A stretch of 64,000 nt of DNA from contig QPMI01000423.1 of the NCBI GenBank assembly GCA_004431415.1, positions 124,001 to 188,000 on the forward strand, given 5' to 3'. Source of the stretch: Cyanophora paradoxa CCMP329. Taxonomy: Eukaryota > Plantae > Glaucophyta. Positions 14,102 through 27,838 of this stretch are shown piece by piece (within the stretch, counting starts at the first letter, position 1; each line of letters starts with the position of its first letter). The position numbers and the translations under genes were made by a program. Under the pieces are notes generated by a model. It saw nothing but the letters and a program-made list of their open reading frames with translations, searched no databases and was not told where the DNA came from.

Positions 14102-16407
14102 ATTTTTTTTTTTTTGCAAAAGTGGACGTCGCATTGATACACCACGGCACATGTATCAATGTTCTACGTGACGTGCCCTTCCGACCGGTCATCTGTCTAG
14201 CCGAAGACGCTAGCAAGGTGCCGGCCATGGGTCGCTCAATATGGGAGGTTCGCCTGAGTGGGGGAGCCGTGGTTTTCGGTGATAGCCGTAACCAGACCCG
14301 CGCGCCCACCCCTTGATCAACTCCTCCATCCCTCATGAGCCCTGGAAGTGAAATGTCTCGCAGTCCGCCGCCCTCCCTTGCCGCCGCTCCGCCACCCCTC
14401 CTCCTCCTCATTCTGCCTCCTCCCTCCTCCTCACCTGCGCCCCAGGACCCCGATTAATCGGTGTCCCGTTCTGTCGAGGTGAAGAAGGTGGTAGGAGGAA
14501 GATATGAGGAAGGAGAGGGAGTGGGCGGAGGCAGCGGTGGGGGGTGGGCAGCGGATGCGGGGCAGGGCAGGGAGCGGTGCCGGGACGGCAGAGTGGAGTG
14601 AGCGTGGGCACTGACAGGCGGCGCAGAGTGCGGGGAGTGCGGAGACGAGGCGGGTCGCGAGGGGTCGGGAGGGGTCGGTCTGAGTAGGGGGGGTGGCCGA
14701 AGCCAGAGGGGTGGCCGAGGCCGATGGGGTGGCCGAAGCCGGGGGGGGGGCCGAAGCCGATGGGGTGGCCGAAGCCGAGGGGGGGGCCGAAGCCGGTGGG
14801 GGGGCCGAAGCCATAGGGGTGGCCGGAGGCAACGAGGGGTTCGACGCTTGTGCTTCAGTTGGGGCTGGGGGAGGGACCGTAGGGGGCGGCGGGGCGGCAT
14901 CGTGCGAGGTCCCGGTCGGGGGGGCCAGCTGAAGCGAGGAGGGGGGGGGAGAGTCGGCTATTTGAAGCGTCGTTAGTGGTTTGTACACTCCAGGTGCGAA
15001 GAGGGACGTGATTGTGGGTTGTACAGCGGGTATCGACACCGTTCGCGCTTTTTTAGTCCCGCGCTTGGGGGTCTTGCGGCCGGCTGCCTTTCTTTTCGCC
15101 GTAGGTAGGGGTGGGGCGGGTGCAGGGGCGGGAGGGGGAGGGGTCATGGGGCGCGGGCGTTTGGGTGCCGGGGCGGGGGGAGTATCGGTTGTCCGTTTGT
15201 GTGAGGTAGGCGACGGGCGAGTTCGTTTCGAGGGAGGGGCCAGGGGGGGCGTTGGGGCGGGGCGCTTGGAAGGTTGAGTAGAGGACGTAGGGCCCGCGGG
15301 CAAAGCGGGCAGGGTGCCATTGTCGGGGTTCTTGTGGGAAGGTTGCGTTGGGGGTGCAGCAGGTTGGGAGGCAGATCTAGAGAATGAGGTGGCCTCCGGG
15401 CGAGCGGGGCACTTTCCCCGTCTGGCGTCGGAGTGGGCCTGGAGGGCAGCTGCGGAGGCAAATCGAATGCCGCAGGTGCAAGAGAAGTCCGATGTCATGG
15501 CGACGGTTCCGGCATCGGGCGGTTGAGGGGAGGGGGGGGCCTGGGGGAGGGGCGGCCTGGGGCGAGGGGGCGGCAGGGAGTCGTGCAATTGCCTGGCGGA
15601 AATTTTCCAGGAGAACCCATGGTTGGCCTTCCGAGTCCAATCCGCAGCAGAAGTCAGTGATGGAAATGGTATCATGGAGGGAGGGGGCGGGGGGGGGGGG
15701 GGGGGGGGGGGACCAGGCGGCTGTACTGGTGGCGAGCGGGAGGGTTTGGTGTCGGCATGTTTGCGGTATCGACGTTTGGTTCTGTCAGTGATGCCTTGTC
15801 GGAGCTCCCAGGCGTGGTTGCGGGCGCAGCGGTCCCTCCAGATCGCACGGAGGTGTTGGTCGAGGAGTAGCGCTAAATCTTTTTGGATTGACATTGTGGT
15901 GGTCTTGTTGATGCCCAGGGCTGCGCAGAGGGCGGGCAATCCCGCCGGGGTACCGAGGCGCAGGAGGGCAGGGGCGGGGAAGGGGAGCATGTCAGCCAAG
16001 GCCGGGCTAAGCTTTGTCCAGAGGGTATCGGTGAGACCTGGGGGGCGGAAAAGGGCCGGATTTTCGGTGGGGGAGAGGAGGGCGGATTGGAGGGGGGAGG
16101 CGGGGTCAGGGGAGACGAGGCGGAGGAAGGGAAAGAGTTGAAAAATAGTATCGTCGTGTCCTAAGGGTTTGGGCGAGTGGCGGAGGACCCGGGTGCGGAG
16201 GAAAGTCACGAGTGCATCCTGGAGAGCTTGGAGGAGGAGGCGAGCGGCGGGGCAAGTAAATATGTGAACGAAGTCTTCGGGAGGGTGGGTTGTAGGGTCG
16301 GGCTGTCTGGGGTCTGCGGCCCTTGGGGGGGAAGAGGGCGGGGGGGAGCCCGGGGGGGTGCACGGGGCAGGGGGCGGGGAGGGCGGGGGTGGGGAAGCAG
16401 GGTCCTC
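14102..16407 (-). mobile_element. LINE-B: 5'-truncated non-LTR retrotransposon related to LINE-C
   Basis: T13 run at 14103-14115 (poly-A on minus strand); TSD GAGCGA at 14096-14101 and 16408-16413 restores the repeat unit; EDFVHIFTCP...IWRDRCARNHAWELRQGIT aligns by eye with LINE-C ORF2 ETLEHVLSCP...TWAARCKAYADWEKECGIT. Confidence 0.88.
14431..16407 (-). pseudogene. C-terminal ~660 aa of LINE ORF2 (partial zinc finger, Pro-rich tail, extra C2HC finger)
   Basis: Open frame throughout; motif CTCGIRFASAAALQAHSDARRGKC; 18-bp repeats encoding ASAPPP/ASATPS at ~14690-14825. Confidence 0.75.
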
Positions 16408-18379
16408 GAGCGAGGCGAGGGCGGACCGGCCGCTCCTAGGGCCACGTGGCGGGTTCCGGGTACGGCGCATGTACCCCCCGCTCTAGGCCTGCAGGCGGGC
16501 GAAGATATCTCAAAATCGAGCGAGAAGGGAGCGAGGCGAGGGCGGATCGGCCGCTCCTAGGGCGGTGTGGCGGGTTCCGGGTACGGCGCATGTACCCCCC
16601 GCTCTAGGCCCGCAGGCGGGCGAAGATCACTCAAAATCGAGCGAGAAGGGAGCGAGGCGAGGGCGGACCGGCCGCTCCTAGGGCCGCGTGGCGGGTTCCG
16701 GGTACGGCGCATGTACCCCCCGCTCTAGGCCTGCAGGCGGGCGAAGATATCTCAAAATCGAGCGAGAAGGGAGCGAGGCGAGGGCGGATCGGCCGCTCCT
16801 AGGGCGGTGTGGCGGGTTCCGGGTACGGCGCATGTACCCCCCGCTCTAGGCCCGCAGGCGGGCGAAGATCACTCAAAATCGAGCGAGAAGGGAGCGAGGC
16901 GAGGGCGGACCGGCCGCTCCTAGGGCGGTGTGGCGGGTTCCGGGTACGGCGCATGTACCCCCCGCTCTAGGCCTGCAGGCGGGCGAAGATCACTCAAAAT
17001 CGAGCGAGAAGGGAGCGAGGCGAGGGCGGATCGGCCGCTCCTAGGGCGGTGTGGCGGGTTCCGGGTACGGCGCATGTACCCCCCGCTCTAGGCCTGCAGG
17101 CGGGCGAAGATCACTCAAAGTCGAGCGAGGAGGGAGCGAGGCGAGGACAGAACTAAATCGCCGGCCCCCGGCCTGCTATAGCGCTGCACTTCGGCAGCCG
17201 TGCATTTGCATGCCGCGCGCGGCGCCGTGGGCGTGCGCAACGTTCGCTTAGAGCGGGCCGGGTCGATTTAATTTCAATCTATTTTTGCCGTCTCCACAAG
17301 CTCTGATTTCGATCGACCGGCCTCCTCCTGCGCCGAAACGCGGGGTTCAGGTCCCGTACCCGGAACCCGCCACTTTGCTCGAAGTTCTAGAGCGGCCGCG
17401 GGTCGATTTGCCGTCTCCTCAAGCCGCTGACGTCGACCTGCGTTAGGGGCGGCCTGGTCGATTCCGGGCACGGTTTGTGTACCCCTATCTTGCCCGGGCC
17501 CCCTTCTCGCGCTCTTCGCCCGCCTCTCACTCGGCGGACCGCTCGATCGACTTGCATGCGCAGCTTGCGCTCTAGGCGGCGTGGTCGATTCCGGGCACGG
17601 TTTGTGTACTCGAGCTCCTCTCTCTCACACACTGCCTGCTCCCTTCCTCTGCCGCCCGGCCACGCCTCGACTGTCATCTGCTGGCCTCTTTCTCCCAACG
17701 AGAACTAAACTCGGGTACAGGCACCGTGGCCGGAATCGACAACGCGGGCCTTAAGCGGCGAGGCTCGGTTCGCCCGTACCCCCTCCTCTCCCCACCCCCT
17801 CCCGCTTTTGCCGCCTCCCTCTTCTCACCGAGAGCGCGCAGACCCGTCGACGACAAGGGGTACAGGCTCCGTGGCCGGAATCGACCAGGCGGGCCTTAGC
17901 GGCGATGCCCGCCCCCCCGTCCGTACCCCCTCCTCTCCCCGCCCCCTCCCGCCGCCGCCGAAGCCCAGCGCCCGAAAAGCGCCCACGGGGTACAGCCTCC
18001 GTACAGGTCCCGTACCCAGAGCCTGCCAATTTCCTCTAGGAGCGGGTACCGTTCGATTCGCCGTCTCCCAAAGCTCTGATTTCGATCGACCGGCCTCCAC
18101 CTGCGATCGACTGGCCCGCGGCCCCCTGTAGATCTGTCGAGACAAGGTGTAAAATTCCCGTGACGCGAATACAGCACGTATACGCGTACGTGTATTTTTA
18201 AATTCTTTATCGGCCATGGCACCGCTCATAGCTAATTGCAATTGCAAGCGCGTGGCTTGAAGCTCGCGCGCCGCGGCGCAGGCCGCCGAGGCCCCGGGCT
18301 CAGGCAAATTCACTGGTGACGTTACACGTTCTCGATCGCAATTGCAACCGCGGCAGTAGGCGTACGCGAACGTCCTCAC

Positions 18380-18997
18380 CCCGCTCCCTCCTCGCTCGAC
18401 TTTTGAGTGATCTGCGCCCGCCCGCAGGCCTAGAGCGGGGGGTACATGCGCCGTACCCGGAACCCGCCACACCGCCCTAGGAGCGGCCGATCCGCCCTCG
18501 CCTCGCTCTCTTCTCGCTCGACTTTGATCATGAGAGATCTTCGCTCGCCCGCAGGCCTAGAGCGGGGGGTACATGCGCCGTACCCGGAACCCGCCACGCG
18601 GCCCTAGGAGCGGCCGGTCCGCCCTCGCCTCGCTCTCTTCTCGCTCGACCTTGCAATTGAGTGATCTGCGCCCGCCTGCAGGCCTAGAGCGGGGGGTACA
18701 TGCGCCGTACCCGGAACCCGCCACACCGCCCTAGGAGCGGCCGATCCGCCCTCGCCTCGCTCCCTTCTCGCTCGACTTTGATCATGAGAGATCTTCGCTC
18801 GCCCGCAGCCCTAGAACGGGGGGTACATGCGCCGTACCCGGAACCCGCCACGCGGCTCTAGGAGCGGCCGATCCGCCCTCGCCTCGCTCCCTTCTCGCTC
18901 GACTTTGATCATGAGAGATCTTCGCCCGCCTGCAGGCCTAGAGCGGGGGGTACATGCGCCGTACCCGGAACCCGCCACGCGGCCCTAGGAGCGGCCT
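18380..18997 (-). repeat. Inverted copy of the 121-bp array, 5 units of ~127 bp
   Basis: GGGGGGTACATGCGCCGTACCCGGAACCCGCCAC at ~18437, 18564, 18691, 18818, 18945 is the reverse complement of the 16.4-17.1 kb units. Confidence 0.92.
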
Positions 18998-19784
18998 GTC
19001 CGTCCCCACCCCCCGTTCTCACCAGGGTATCCGGAAGTGGGAGGGGGGGAGGGTGCTCGAGGGGGCATTTTGACGACACCTCAGAATTAGGCCTCTGCAT
19101 GGAACTGCTATTTTATTCTGGATGTTGGAGCCTGTAGTGCGCTTTACAATGCCTTAGTTCTGTGCCGAAGTCTCAGATATATCCTTTTTTAACCAGCTTG
19201 CAGTCTGGGTGGCATATAGCGCTCTTCACGACTCTCCCATCTCGATGTCGTACCCCATATGCATCATTCTTTTTACCCTTGCAATTTCATCCCTCAGCAC
19301 CCTCGCTCCTATGTATTTACCCGGTGCAATTCTGACGATATATACGAAATATTTCTAAAATACGATTGCCGGCTACGTATACTATTGTTTTTTGGTGAAT
19401 TACCGGCCACAGCCTCTAGTCTACTCCAGCACTGTAGGGGAATGATCGAATGATATTCTGGAACGGGCAGGATTCGAAGGCGTGATTCTCATCGCAGGGC
19501 GATTCGAACACGGGAGGCATGAATCAGACAGCGTGTAAGATAACCGCACCGCTATGAGCGGGCCGGCTACTACATATTTGAATTCTGCGTGTAAAATATA
19601 TATGTTTTCCGGATATCGATCTATCCTTCTGGCATTAATATTTTAAACATTGCCGTGCCGGCGGAGACCTGATACAGACCAGAGGCTGCACTGCCCCGGG
19701 GCAGGAATGTTTATGCTATCCATGCGCGGCGTGGCGAGTAAGAAGGACGAGTATGCGGAGGTACGCGTGATTAGCCCTGCCAAT

Positions 19785-22700
19785 TTCGGGCGAAGCCTCT
19801 TCGGGCGAAGCCTCTTCGGGCGAAGCCTCTTCGGGCGAAGCCTCTTCCGTATGTCAATGGTGAACGACCGGTTCTATTTTTTTTCCACTCGAGTCCGATT
19901 GGTCCGAGCGTCCAGGTTCGCAACCTCCGCAATGAAGGCGAACGGTCTCCGACGTCACACAGAGTTACACGGCTCCATTGATCTATTTTCGCACTCATGG
20001 CTCCCCTAGAATTTACCCAAGACGATTCGATCGCTCTCCCGCCCGCGTCGTGCGAAAATCGAATTTCCCTCCAGGATCAATTCCGCTATTTATACCCCGG
20101 GGCTCGATCGCGAAACTCCAAAAAGTGGGACCCGGTCCCGCGACGAAAGCGCGCCAGGGACGCCCCAGAGCGGTCACAATCACACCCAAGAGGGCGCGCA
20201 CCGCGGCAAGCTCGATTTCGGCCGCCCTTGACGCTCCAGTCCAGAGAGTCGGCCGAAAATTTGATCCTGCCGGTTCCGGCCGGTCCCCCGACGCACGCAT
20301 TCGATGCGTACAGGCGCGCAGAGACATACCAGGGCCTGCGCACTCCAGATATCCGCTTTTCGGAGCCAGAACAGCGCAGGAAGGTGCCCGACAGCAAAAA
20401 TTCGATCCTCCACAGCCCCGGGCAACTTTCCGCGCGCCGACGCCGCGGCGCATGCGCGGAACGATAGTATAAGCATTTGAGATGTAGAAGAAGCCTTCCG
20501 CACGGTCTCTAAATGCGCCGGGCCACGAGGATCCAGCCGACCCCGAAAATTCGATCCTGGACGGACCTGCGCATCTTTCCGCGCGCCCTCGCGTCCTCAC
20601 CCATGCCCATCGCTACAGTATTCATTTGAGATCTAAACGAAGCCTTCCGCAAGCTCTGTGGGCGCGAAAGAGCTCGAGAACCCAGCCCACGCCAAAATTT
20701 CGATCCTGGACAGGCCTGCACATATTTCCGCGCGCCGTTGCCTCCGCAGCCCTGGACATCGATCCTGTGTGCATCCGAGATTCTGTTCAAGCGATTCGCA
20801 AGCTCTGCGCATGCGCCTGGCCGCGAGAACCTCGCCCGTCCCCTCAACAATCTCCTCTCAATTTCCTCAGGGCCTCGAGCTCAACTACAGCTAGCTGATT
20901 GGCAGCACCACTCCTCCCCTCATTATATTCTCTCTCAACTGCAGCAATATTCCCCTCATTACATAATTATATTCTCTCAGGACAACTCCTCTCAGGACAA
21001 CTCGTCCCATAATTATATTCCCTCTCAGCAGCCCTCCCCTCCCCTCTCCCTGCCCCGCGGACGCATTGACAGCCACGACGGGCCGCGATGATAAAGGGGG
21101 ACGCGAGGAGGGCCGCGGCTTCGCCCGATGTTTGGGACCCGCAGGGGCCCAGGGCTTGTCCGTAGATCGATGGTGAACGTGCGGAATTATTTTTTTTCCA
21201 CTCGAGTCCGATTGGTCCGAGCGTCCAGATTCGCGACCTCCGCAATGAAGGCGAACGGTCTCCGACGTGACATAGATGTGACTGGTACCCGACGAACCGC
21301 TGTCCCATCAGCGTCGCGCGAAAATCGAATTTCCCTCGCGGATCAATTCGGGTATTTATACCCCGGGGCTCGATCGCGAAACTCCAAAAAGTGGGACCCG
21401 GTCCCGCGACGAAAGCGCGCCAGGGACGCGCCAGAGCGGTCACAATGACAGCCAAGAGCGCGCGCATCGCGGCAAGCTCGGTTTCGGCCGCCGTGGACGC
21501 TCCAGTCACTTAGTGCACAGAGTCGGCCGAAATTTTGATCCTGCCGGTTCCGGCGGTCTCCCGACGCGCACATTCGATGCGTACTGGCGCGCATAGACAT
21601 TCCAGGGCCTGCGCACTCCAGATATCCGCTTTTCGGAGCCGGAACAGTGCAGGAAGGTGCCCGATGTCAAAAATTCGATCCTGCACAGCCCCGGGCAACT
21701 TTCCGCGCGCCGACGCCGCGGCGCATGCGCGGATCAATAGTATATGCATTTCAGATGTAGAAGAAGCCTTCCGCACGGTCTCTAAATGCGCCGGGCCGCG
21801 AGGACCCAACCGACCCCGAAAATTCGATCCTGGATGGACCTGTGCATCTTTCCGCGCGCCATCGCGTCCGCATCCATGCCCATTGCTACAGTATTCATTT
21901 GAGATCTAAACGAAGCCTTTCGCAAGCTCTGTGGGCGCGAAAGAGCTCGAGAACCCAGCCCACGCCAAAATTTCGATCCTGGACAGGCCGGCACATATTT
22001 CCGCGCGCCCTCTCCTCTGCAACCATGTGCATCGATCCTGCATGCATTCGAGACTCTGTTTAAGCGTTTCGCAAGCTCTGCGCATGCGCCTGGCCGCGAG
22101 AATCTCGCCCCTCCCCTCAACGCTCTCCTCTCAATTTCCTCAGGGCCTCGAGCTCAACTACAGCTAGCTAGCTGATTGGCAGCACCACTCCTCCCCTCAT
22201 TATATTCTCACCGATTCCCCTAATTCCAAAATTATATTCTCTCAGGACAACTCCACTCAGGACAACTCCCCCCATAATTGCATTCCCTCTCAACAGCCCT
22301 CCCCTCCCCTCTCCCTGCCCCACCGACCCAAAGACAGCCACGATGGGCCGCGATGATTAAGGGGGGCGCGAGGTGGGCCGCTGAGGCTTCGCCCGATGTT
22401 TGGGACCCGCAGGGGCCCAGGGCTTGTCGGGCGAAGCCTCTTCCGTTGATCGATGGTGAACGTTTCCATCTATTTTTTTTCCAATCGAGTCCGATTGGTC
22501 CGAGCGTCCAGATTCGCAACCTCCGCAATGAAGGCGAACGGTCCTCGAGGTGACTTGGCTGTCCGCGGACGTGACACTTATTTTTGGACTCGAAGCCTCT
22601 TCCGTTGATCGATGGTGAACGTTTCCATCTATTTTTTTTCCAATCGAGTCCGATTGGTCCGAGCGTCCAGATTCGCAACCTCCGCAATGAAGGCGAACGG

Positions 22701-25700
22701 TCCTCGAGGTGACTTGGCTGTCCGCGGACGTGACACTTATTTTTGGACTCGAAGCTCCCCTAAGACGATCGCTCTCCCGTGGGCATCGCGCGAAAATCGA
22801 ATTTCCCTCCAGGATCAATTCCTGTATTTATACCCCCGGGCTCGATCGCGAAACTCCAAAAAGTGGGACCCGGTCCCGCGACGAAAGCGCGCCAGGGACG
22901 ACCCAGAGCGGTCAGAATGACAGTCAAGAGCGCGCGCACCGCGGCAAGCTCGATTTCCGAAGTTCGGGCGCTATGGACGCTCCAATCCAGAGAGTCGGCC
23001 GAAAACTTGATCCAGTCGGTCCCTCCCGGTCCGACGGCGCGCGCATTCGATGCGTACTGGCGCGCATAGACATAGCAGCGCCTGGGCACTCCAGATATCC
23101 GCTTTTCGGAGCCGGAACAGCGCAGGAAGGTGCCCGATAGCAAAACTTCGATCCTCCACAGCCCCGGGCAACTTTCCGCGCGCCCACGCCGCGGCGCATG
23201 CGCGGAACGATAGTATATGCATTTGAGATGTAGAAAACGCCTTCCGCACGGTCTCTAAATGCGCCGGGCCGCGAGGACCCAGCCGTCCCCGAAAATTCGA
23301 TCCTGGACGGGCCTGCGCATCTTTCAGCACGCCCTCGAATCCCCACGCATGCCCATCGCTACAGTATTCATTTGAGATCTAAAAGAAGCCTTCCGCAAGC
23401 TCTGTGGCGGCGACGGAGCAGGAGAACAGCAGCCGACGCCAAATTCTCGATCCTGGACAGGGCTGCACATATTTCTGGGCGCCCTCGCCTCCTCAGCCCT
23501 GGACATCGATCCTGTATGCATCCTAGATTCTGTTTAAGCGATTTAAAAGCTCTGCGCATGCGCCTGGCCGCGAGAACCTCGCCCGTCCCCTCAACAATCT
23601 CCTCTCAATTTCCTCCGGGCCTCGAGCTAAACTACAGCTAGCTGATTGGCAGCACCACTCCTCCCCTCATTATATTCTCCCTCAGGTAGTTCACTTCCCC
23701 CGATTACATAATTAAATTCTCTCAGGATATCTCCTCTCAGGACAACTCCTCCCATAATTATATTCCCTCTCAGCAGCCCTCCCCTCCCCTCTCCTTAATT
23801 AAATTCCCTCTCACAGCCCTCCCCTCCCCTCTCCCTGCCCCACCGACCCAAAGACAGCCACGACGGGCCGCGATGAATAAGGGGGGCGCGAGGTGGGCAG
23901 CAGAGGCTTCGCCCGATGTTTGGGACCCGCAGGGGCCCAGGGCTTGTCCGTAAGTTGATGGTGACCGCCCGAAATTATTTTTTTTCCACTCGAATACGAT
24001 TGGTCCGAGCGTCCAGATTCGCAACCTCCGCAATGAAGGCGACCGGTCCTCGAGGTGACTTGGCTGTCCGCGGACGTGACACTTATTTTTGGACTCGAGG
24101 CTCCCCTAAAACGATCGCTCTCCCGTGGGCGTCGCGCGAAAATGAATTTCCCTCCAGGATCAATTCCGGTATTTATACCCGGGGCTCGATCGCGAAACTC
24201 CAAAAAGTGGGACCCGGTCCCGCGACGAAAGCGCGCCAGGGACGACCCAGAGCGGTCAGAATGACAGCCAAGAGCGCGCGCATCGCGGCAAGCTCGACTT
24301 CCCCCGCCCTCGATGCTCCAGTGCAGAGAGTCGACCGAAATTTTGATCCTGCCGGTTCCTCCCGGTCCCCCGACGCGCGCATTCGATGCGTACTGGCGCG
24401 CATAGACATAGCAGGGCCTGCGCACTCCAGATATCCGCTTTTCGGAGCCGGAACAGCGCAGGAAGGTGCCCGATAGCAAAAATTCGATCCTCCACAGCCC
24501 CGGGCAACTTTCCGCGCGCCCACGCCGCGGCGCATGCGCGGAACGATAGTATATGCATTTGAGATGTAGAAAACGCCTTCCGCACGGTCTCTAAATGCGC
24601 CGGGCCGCGAGGACCCAGCCGTCCCCGAAAATTCGATCCTGGACGGACCTGCACATCTTTCCGCGCGCCCTCGCGTCCTCACCCATGCCCATCGCTACAG
24701 TATTCATTTGAGATCTAAAAGAAGCCTTCGGCAAGCTCTGTGGACGCGAAAGAGCACGAGAACCCAGCCGACGCCAAATTTTCGATCCTGGACAGGCCGG
24801 CACATATTTCCGCGCGCCCTCGCCTCCGCAGCCCTGGACATCGATCCTGCGTCCATTGGAGACTCTATTTAAGCGATCTTCGGGCGAAGCCTCTTCGGGC
24901 GAAGCCTCTTCCGTAAGTTGATGGTGACCGCCCGAAATTATTTTTTTTCCACTCGAATACGATTGGTCCGAGCGTCCAGATTCGCAACCTCCGCAATGAA
25001 GGCGACCGGTCCTCGAGGTGACTTGGCTGTCCGCGGACGTGACACTTATTTTTGGACTCGAGGCTCCCCTAAAACGATCGCTCTCCCGTGGGCGTCGCGC
25101 GAAAATGAATTTCCCTCCAGGATCAATTCCGGTATTTATACCCCGGGGCTCGATCGCGAAACTCCAAAAAGTGGGACCCGGTCCCGCGACGAAAGCGCGC
25201 CAGGGACGACCCAGAGCGGTCAGAATGACAGCCAAGAGCGCGCGCATCGCGGCAAGCTAGACTTCCCCCGCCCTCGATGCTCCAGTGCAGAGAGTCGACC
25301 GAAATTTTGATCCTGCCGGTTCCTCCCGGTCCCCCGACGCGCGCATTCGATGCGTACTGGCGCGCATAGACAAAGCAGGGCCTGCGCACTCCAGATATCC
25401 GCTTTTCGGAGCCGGAACAGCGCAGGAAGGTGCCCGATAGCAAAAATTCGATCCTCCACAGCCCCGGGCAACTTTCCGCGCGCCCACGCCGCGGCGCATG
25501 CGCGGAACGATAGTATATGCATTTGAGATGTAGAAAACGCCTTCCGCACGGTCTCTAAATGCGCCGGGCCGCGAGGACCCAGCCGTCCCCGAAAATTCGA
25601 TCCTGGACGGACCTGCACATCTTTCCGCGCGCCCTCGCGTCCTCACCCATGCCCATCGCTACAGTATTCATTTGAGATCTAAAAGAAGCCTTCGGCAAGC

Positions 25701-27429
25701 TCTGTGGACGCGAAAGAGCACGAGAACCCAGCCGACGCCAAATTTTCGATCCTGGACAGGCCGGCACATATTTCCGCGCGCCCTCGCCTCCGCAGCCCTG
25801 GACATCGATCCTGCGTCCATTGGAGACTCTATTTAAGCGATCTTCGGGCGAAGCCTCTTCCGTATGTCAATGGTGAACGACCGGTTCTATTTTTTTTCCA
25901 ATCGAATCCGATTGGTCCGAGCGTCCAGATTCGCAACCTCCGCAATGAAGGCGACCGATCCTCGAGGTGACTTGGCTGTCCGCGGACGTGACACTTATTT
26001 TTGGACTCGAAGCTCCCCTAAGACGATCGCTCTCCGTCGGCGTCGCGCGAAAATCGCATTTCCCTCCAGGATCAATACCGGTATTTATACCCCGGGATCG
26101 ATCGCGAAACTCCAAAAAGTGGGACCCGGTCCCGCGACGAAAGCGCGCCAGAGACGCACCAGAGCGGGCAGAATGAGAGCCAAGAGCGCGCGCATTGCGG
26201 CAAGCTCCATTTCGGGCGCCCTCAATGCTCCAGTCCAGAGAGTCAACCGAAATTTTGATCCAGCCGGTTCCGACCGGTCCCGCGACGCGCGCATTCGATG
26301 CGTACTGGCGCGCATAGACATAGCAGGCCTGCGCACTCCAGATATCCGCTTTTCTGAGCCGGAACAGCGCAGGAAGGTGCCCGACAGCAGAAATTCGATC
26401 CTCCACGGTCCCGGGCACCTTTCCGCGCGCCGACGCCGCGGCGCATGCGCGGATCAATAGCATAAGCATTCGAGATGTAGAAGAAGCCTTTCGCACGGTC
26501 TCAAAATGCGCCGGGCCGCGAGGACCCAGCCGACCCCGAAAATTCGATCCTGCACGGACCTGTGCATCTTTCCGCGCACCCTCGCGTCCTCACCCATGCC
26601 CAACGCTACAGTAATCATTTGAGATCTAAACGAAGCCTTTCGCAAGCTCTGCGGCCGCGACAGAGCACGAGAACCCAGCCGACGCGAAAATTTCGATCCT
26701 GGACAGGCCTTCACATATTTCCGCGCGCCCTCGCCTCCGCAGCCCTGGACATCGATCCTGCATCAATTCGAGACTTTGTTTAAGCGATTCATAACCCCTG
26801 TACATGCGCCTGGTCGCGAGAACCTCGCCCATCCCCTCAACAATCTCCTCTCAATTTCCTCAGAACCTGGAGCTCAACTACAACTACCTGATTGGCAGCA
26901 CCACTCCTCCCTCATTATATTCGCTCTCAGGGACAGCTCTTCTCTCTCAGGGACAGGGAATTTCATTATTAAATTCTTTCAGGACAGCTCCTCTCAGGAC
27001 AACTCCTCCCATAATTATATTCCCTCTCACCAGCCCTCCCCTCCCCTCTCCCTGCCCCAATCATGCAATAGGCTACGTATACTGACAGCCGCGACGGACC
27101 ACGATAAATAATTATAAGGGGGACGTGCCCTGCACGGAAACAACCCCCCTACTTAATTTCCCTCTCATGATCACCAAACTTTGAAACCTCCCCTCCCTCT
27201 CCGCAATAAAGACGAACGGTCTCGCATGTAACACAGTACCCCACGGACGTTACATAGACGTGACATTTATTTTTGGACTCGAGGCTCCCCTAAGACGACC
27301 GCTCTCCCGTGGGCGTCGCGCGAAAATCGAATTTCTCTCATGGATCAATTCCTGTATTTATACCCCGGGGCTCGATCGCGAAATCCCAAAAAGTGGGACC
27401 CGGTCCCGCGACGAAAGCGCGCCAGGGAC
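19785..27429. repeat. Complex satellite, units ~0.95-1.5 kb (segment 1)
   Basis: Recurring GATCGCGAAACTCCAAAAAGTGGGACCCGGTCCCGCGACGAAAGCGCGCCAG at ~20105, 21372, 22844, 24188, 25152, 26100, 27374; array starts with (TTCGGGCGAAGCCTC)4. Confidence 0.95.
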
Positions 27430-27838
27430 ACAATTTGCATTAGCACATCCATACAACAATGAAGTCGTAACGTCGACCATACCCTCACTGAAAACATTAT
27501 CCAGGAAGAGAATATGAGGACTCTCGCGTGCTGTGCCTATACATCTAGTTATTCTAATTACAACTGCATTTCTACTTTTCCTGTGACATCTACTTTGCTG
27601 CATTTCTAAGTCCTACGAAAGTCTAGTTAGAAAGGTCCTAATCTCTGCTGGCAATGCCCTACTCCATCCTCGTAGCATGCCGCAGCTAGAGAAAGAAAAG
27701 ATGTGAAAGAGACAAGTTGCTGGCCAGCCCCTGTTTAGTGGGCTACTGGTTCCCGCTCCACTGTTTGCGTCCTCCTCGTGTTGTTGTCCCCGTCGTGCCC
27801 CCCAAGCCCCCCCCCCAGAAAGCACCCCCTCTCAACGT

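Larger units (their letters stand above)
13993..17145 (+). repeat. 121-bp tandem repeat, about 7 units, first unit split by LINE-B
   Basis: GGCCGCTCCTAGG at 13993, 16428, 16549, 16670, 16791, 16912, 17033; GAAGATATCT and GAAGATCACT variants alternate. Confidence 0.92.

Noticed and set aside
11452-18997. CRISPR-like array (conserved core plus spacers)
   Set aside because: Spacers are near-identical between neighbours, there are no cas genes, and the context is eukaryotic
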